64,000 nucleotides of DNA from Rhodocyclaceae bacterium. GTDB taxonomy: Bacteria; Pseudomonadota; Gammaproteobacteria; Burkholderiales; Rhodocyclaceae. Below the pieces are notes generated by a model. It saw only the letters and a list, made by a program, of their open reading frames with translations. It ran no database searches and had not been told where the DNA came from. The translations under genes and the position numbers were made by a program. The stretch's first letter is position 1; each line of letters opens with the position of its first letter. Location: the NCBI GenBank assembly GCA_016791115.1, contig JAEUNL010000016.1:36878-100877 (forward strand). The letters are read 5' to 3'. Below, in pieces: positions 58,313-64,000 of the stretch.

Positions 58313-60382
58313 TCAGAACCGGACCTTCAGCTTGGCGTAGGCGCCACGGCGGACCTGGAGCGGCTCGGAAGTCAGGTATTCGGCCACGTACTCCGGGTGG
58401 CGTGCATCGAGCAGGTTCTGCCCGACGACGGACAGCTCCACTTGCGGACCGAGCTTCCACGCGTAGCGCAGATCGAGTTCGGTGTATCGGGGAACATCGA
58501 GCGGGCGCAACGTGCTCGCACTGCGCAGCCAGAAATCGGCGCGCTGCAAGCGAGTAACGTCCCACGACAAACGCAGGCTGCCCTGATGTCTCGGTGCGCT
58601 GCCGGCATTCTGTGTGGCAAGTGAGTCGCCCACCGGATTGCCTGGCCGGTCGACGTCGATGTCGAGATACGAGTAGCTGGCCTGCACCCGCAGGTCGGGA
58701 CGCACACGCCAATCGGCCGCGATTTCGAGGCCGCGTGTCGTGCCGCGCGTCTCGGCGTCGTGGAGCACCGGAACGGTAACGCCGACCGGGACGACGCCGG
58801 CCGGCGTCATTGCAAGTATCGGGGACGGATTGCCCATGCGCGATGCCACCAGATCGCGATAGCGCCCGAAGAAAGCCGCCACATCGACTGAAAGCGCGTC
58901 GCCAAGCTGGCCGCGCCAGCCGAAGTCGAGTTGCGACAGCTTTTCGGCAGCCAGGCGCTTATCCGAGGGTTCGAGGGGAAGCAGCGTGGGGATCGGCGTT
59001 TCGATGCCGCCTAGGCCGGGCGCAGCGATGTAATTGCGCATCGTTGCATCGCGTTCGCCGCGCGAGGGCGTCCGCACGGCGCGCGAGGCCGCGAGCCAGA
59101 ACGTGTCATGCGGGTTCGGGGTGAAGCTCAGGCGGGTATCCGGTTGAAAGTGCAATCCCGAATAGTCGTCGTGCTCCAGGCGGGCGCCGAACGTGAGGTT
59201 CCACCGCTGGGGGGCGAGCGCAATTTCGTCGCGAACGAAGACCGAGCTCGATCTCGAGTCGCGTGACCGCTGCGCAAACGCGATCGTCTTCCCCGCCCTG
59301 ATGTCGTCGGTGCTGAACCGGCTCGTGAGTCCCCAAACCGTGTCGTGGACGCGACCGATGTGCCGCCGCTGCTGGAACTCGAGATCCAGTGTGTCGCGTC
59401 TTTCCCGGACGGCACCATCGACATCGAACGACGAACGCGCATAGCTCGCCTGGATGGCGCTTTCCACGCCGGAACCGGAGATCCATTCGAAGCGCGCCAG
59501 CAGATTCGCGCCGCGCGATTCTTCGTCGAGCGGCAAGTCCTCCAGATAGGGCGGCGTCATCGCCGGCGAAACGCGTGGAACGACCCAGCGGTCGCCGAAA
59601 CGATACTCGAACGCATCGGCCAGGACAGTCAGCTTGTCGGTGCCGAAGCTCTTGTCGAAGCGAAGCCCGACGCGACCATTGTTCCATTCGTCGCGCCCGC
59701 GACGGCCGTCGAGCGTTTCCGAAGATTCGACGGCAAACCCTTTGGCATACAGACGCAAATGGGCATCGTCAGCGAAGGCGACGCCATGGCGCAACGACGC
59801 GGCGGCGCTTTCGGTGGTTCCCCCGGCGGCAACGACCTGGGTGCCCTGGGTTGAACGTGCCCGTTTGGTGATGATATTGATCACGCCGTTGACCGCATTG
59901 GCGCCCCACATGGCGGCACCCGGCCCACGGATCACCTCGATGCGGTCGACATCCTCCAGCAGCGTGTCTTGCGCTTCCCAGAGCGTGCCCGAGAACAGGG
60001 GCGAATAGACCGACCTGCCATCGAGCATGACGAGGAGCTTGTTGGCAAACCTGCCGTTGAAGCCGCGTATCGTGACTGCCCACATGGCATTCGAAATGCG
60101 GGCGACGTTGACGCCCGGCACCAGCCGAAGCGCCTCGGGCACGCTGGTGACTCCGGAACGCTCGATATCTTCGGCCGTCACCACGTAAACCGCTGCCGGC
60201 GTGTCGGCAAGCGCCTGGGCCCTGCGCGCGACGCTGCTGACTTCGACTTTCATCAAGTCCTCGAGCGACGGCACGTCGTTGTCCGGGTTCTCTGCGCGGG
60301 ACGGTTGCGCAGCAAGGAGCATGGCCCCGACGCCTGCAGCGACGAGACTGCGATTCCAGACAGATCCAGGTTTGCTGATCAT
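58313..60382 (-). CDS. TonB-dependent receptor, paralogue of 56203..58263
   Basis: Trimmed to the ATG at 60380-60382 (MISKPGSVWNRSLVAAGVGAMLLAAQPSRA). Its plug domain is nearly identical to that of the neighbouring receptor. The longest ORF runs to 60472. Confidence 0.86.
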   Translation of the reverse strand: MISKPGSVWNRSLVAAGVGAMLLAAQPSRAENPDNDVPSLEDLMKVEVSSVARRAQALADTPAAVYVVTAEDIERSGVTSVPEALRLVPGVNVARISNAMWAVTIRGFNGRFANKLLVMLDGRSVYSPLFSGTLWEAQDTLLEDVDRIEVIRGPGAAMWGANAVNGVINIITKRARSTQGTQVVAAGGTTESAAASLRHGVAFADDAHLRLYAKGFAVESSETLDGRRGRDEWNNGRVGLRFDKSFGTDKLTVLADAFEYRFGDRWVVPRVSPAMTPPYLEDLPLDEESRGANLLARFEWISGSGVESAIQASYARSSFDVDGAVRERRDTLDLEFQQRRHIGRVHDTVWGLTSRFSTDDIRAGKTIAFAQRSRDSRSSSVFVRDEIALAPQRWNLTFGARLEHDDYSGLHFQPDTRLSFTPNPHDTFWLAASRAVRTPSRGERDATMRNYIAAPGLGGIETPIPTLLPLEPSDKRLAAEKLSQLDFGWRGQLGDALSVDVAAFFGRYRDLVASRMGNPSPILAMTPAGVVPVGVTVPVLHDAETRGTTRGLEIAADWRVRPDLRVQASYSYLDIDVDRPGNPVGDSLATQNAGSAPRHQGSLRLSWDVTRLQRADFWLRSASTLRPLDVPRYTELDLRYAWKLGPQVELSVVGQNLLDARHPEYVAEYLTSEPLQVRRGAYAKLKVRF

Positions 60383-60688
60383 CGATCTACGGAGGAGACG
60401 GCGCGGGGTGTGACGAAAATCACGCAGGCAACTGAACAGGCTGGGCAGCACGGCAGCACGGCATCGGTCCATTTCCCTTTGTTTGCTGACACTTGGTCGA
60501 TTCCACGCGCGTTCTCCCGGCTTCTTTTCTTGTCAGCCTGATCTACGGCAACGCCCAGCGCCACTTGAGGGCATTCCGTCACGCCTGCGCGGAGAAACAC
60601 CAGCGGCCGTACCGGGTATTCGCCACGGTAGAATGCGCGGTATCGATCAAAACCATGCGCCGACCGCGTACGCCGACAGGAATTCCCC

Positions 60689-62548
<1,860 letters not shown>

Positions 62549-62650
62549 TCGTATGCGCCAACATGCCGCCGACGCGCCACACCATGCTCGGGAACCCCGT
62601 ACATGCCTCGCGTGTCCGAATGGCGTTCATTCCTTGAGGGACGATTCGGC

Positions 62651-63838
62651 ATGTCGATGACGCGAACGCCGGTAATGGCCGCAATTCAGGAGTTCCTGTC
62701 ACTGGAGGCGGCGGGAGGCATCCTGCTGGTCCTCGCCGCCGTTCTGGCAATGCTTGCGGCAAACAGCCCGCTTGCCGACGCTTACGCGTCTTTCCTGCAT
62801 CTTCATGTATCGGTCTCCGCCGGCGACTACGCGATCGACAAGCCGCTGCACCACTGGATCAACGACGGCTTGATGGCAATTTTCTTCTTCCTCGTCGGTC
62901 TCGAGATCAAGCGCGAGGTTCTGGACGGCGAATTGTCCGATCCACGTCAGGTCGTGCTGCCGATGGCGGCCGCAATCGGCGGCATGGCGGTACCGGCGCT
63001 GGTCTACTGGGCAATCAATGCCGGCAACGAGATTGCGCTTCGGGGCTGGGCAGTGCCGATGGCCACCGACATCGCTTTCGCGCTCGGCGTCCTGTCGCTG
63101 CTCGGCGATCGGGTGCCGCGCAGCCTCAAGCTTTTCCTTCTCACGCTGGCAATCATCGACGACCTCGGCGCGATCGTCGTGATCGCGCTGTTCTACGCTG
63201 GAACGCCTTCGATTACGTCCTTCGTGGTCGCTGGCGCCGCGTTGCTGGTGCTCGTTGCCATGAACCGGGGCGGCATCACGCGCATTTCCCCCTACCTGCT
63301 GGTCGGCCTTGTGCTCTGGGCAGCGGTACTCGAGTCCGGCGTCCACGCCACGATTGCCGGCGTACTGTTGGCCTTCACGATCCCATTGCGCACGACAGGC
63401 GAGGAGCCAAGCCCGTTGCGACGCCTGGAGCACGATCTGCATGGTCCGGTGGCGTACGGCATCCTGCCCCTGTTTGCCTTCGCGAATTCGGGCATCGATT
63501 TCGGCGGCATGACGTTCGCGATGCTCGCGCATCCGGTCCCGATCGGCATCGCGGCCGGGTTGTTCATCGGCAAGCAGATCGGCGTATTCCTGCCCACCTG
63601 GCTGTTGATCCGGTTCGGGTTCGCGCGCATGCCGGACGGTGCCAACTGGGGATCGATCTACGGCGTGGCGATCCTCTGCGGGATCGGCTTCACGATGAGT
63701 CTGTTCGTCGCATCGCTGGCATTCGCCGAAGGCTCACTGCCGGTCGACGAGCGCATCGGCATCATTCTGGGATCGTTGGTCTCTGCGGTCGCGGGTTACG
63801 CCTTGCTCCGCATGCTGACGCCGAACCGGGCAACCTGA
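62651..63838 (+). CDS. nhaA: Na+/H+ antiporter NhaA
   Basis: The ATG at 62651 gives a product with NhaA signatures ([47 protein letters not shown]). Confidence 0.92.
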   Translation: MSMTRTPVMAAIQEFLSLEAAGGILLVLAAVLAMLAANSPLADAYASFLHLHVSVSAGDYAIDKPLHHWINDGLMAIFFFLVGLEIKREVLDGELSDPRQVVLPMAAAIGGMAVPALVYWAINAGNEIALRGWAVPMATDIAFALGVLSLLGDRVPRSLKLFLLTLAIIDDLGAIVVIALFYAGTPSITSFVVAGAALLVLVAMNRGGITRISPYLLVGLVLWAAVLESGVHATIAGVLLAFTIPLRTTGEEPSPLRRLEHDLHGPVAYGILPLFAFANSGIDFGGMTFAMLAHPVPIGIAAGLFIGKQIGVFLPTWLLIRFGFARMPDGANWGSIYGVAILCGIGFTMSLFVASLAFAEGSLPVDERIGIILGSLVSAVAGYALLRMLTPNRAT

Positions 63839-63943
63839 GCGGCGCACGCCCGGTCGTTCGACATCCCGGTACGCGCAGGACCGCCCCGCGCGTACCGTTC
63901 CCTCGTGGTGCAGCTCACGCAGTGGGCGAGGGGCGTTTGGTCT

Positions 63944-64000
63944 CAGCGATAGCCGACGATCAGGCTCAACATCACCGCCAGCACCGCCATCAGCGCCACC
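63944..64000 (-). CDS. 3' end of an unidentified membrane-protein gene; the body lies outside the window
   Basis: The reverse frame reads ...VALMAVLAVMLSLIVGYR followed by a stop (tca at 63944-63946). Only 18 codons are visible. Confidence 0.25.

Noticed and set aside
60385-60547. A 9-nt direct repeat, GATCTACGG, at 60385-60393 and 60539-60547 in the receptor/glnS divergent region.
   Set aside because: This is a single short repeat pair with no extended flanking similarity. Its chance occurrence in 64 kb is not negligible. I could not tie it to an ECF-type (GGAAC-N16-CGT) or other promoter.

Overview
High-GC (roughly 65%) chromosomal window, densely coding. The gene content looks betaproteobacterial, possibly Rhodocyclales-like; this is an inference from gene order and protein similarity recalled from memory, with no search run. 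I saw no rRNA, tRNA, CRISPR array, transposase or integrase.

Layout from left to right:
- 1-7.1 kb, minus strand: a HIT-family gene fragment and the complete his operon (hisGDCBHAFIE).
- 7.1-15.5 kb, minus strand: a SAM-methyltransferase, murA, a bolA/ibaG-like gene, an ABC-2 exporter pair and a full Mla lipid-asymmetry operon (mlaF-E-D-A-C-B).
- 15.6-33.7 kb: an accessory block of about 18 kb. It encodes a sigma-54 enhancer-binding response regulator and an MSHA/T2SS-like type IV filament machine: ExeA-like ATPase with a SPOR tail, lipoprotein secretin, TPR protein, GspE/MshE ATPase, GspF platform, three poorly characterised assembly proteins and two atypical large pilin-like proteins. It then carries a membrane class III adenylate cyclase, a polytopic PrsK-like histidine kinase and a separate prepilin gene preceded by a consensus sigma-54 promoter.
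- 33.8-39.4 kb: a kefB-like antiporter, kdsD-kdsC-lptC-lptA with no lptB or rpoN, and an enoyl-CoA hydratase.
- 39.4-50.8 kb: an EamA transporter, a phasin gene with a consensus sigma-70 promoter and palindromes, a CinA-like gene, an EI24-like gene, hrpA, crcB plus DUF190, an MFS transporter and an ECF sigma with a zinc-motif anti-sigma.
- 50.9-60.4 kb, minus strand: a five-gene operon of TonB-dependent receptor x2, a YfiR/DUF4154-like protein, a CHASE8-like hybrid histidine kinase and a third TonB-dependent receptor.
- 60.7-64 kb: glnS and nhaA.

The two best candidates for under-described systems are the sigma-54/cAMP-linked filament island, which sits in the normally contiguous mlaF|kdsD junction, and the TBDR-YfiR-CHASE8 phosphorelay operon. 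All functional calls rest on my reading of the translated ORFs. Starts trimmed from the longest ORFs are stated per feature.
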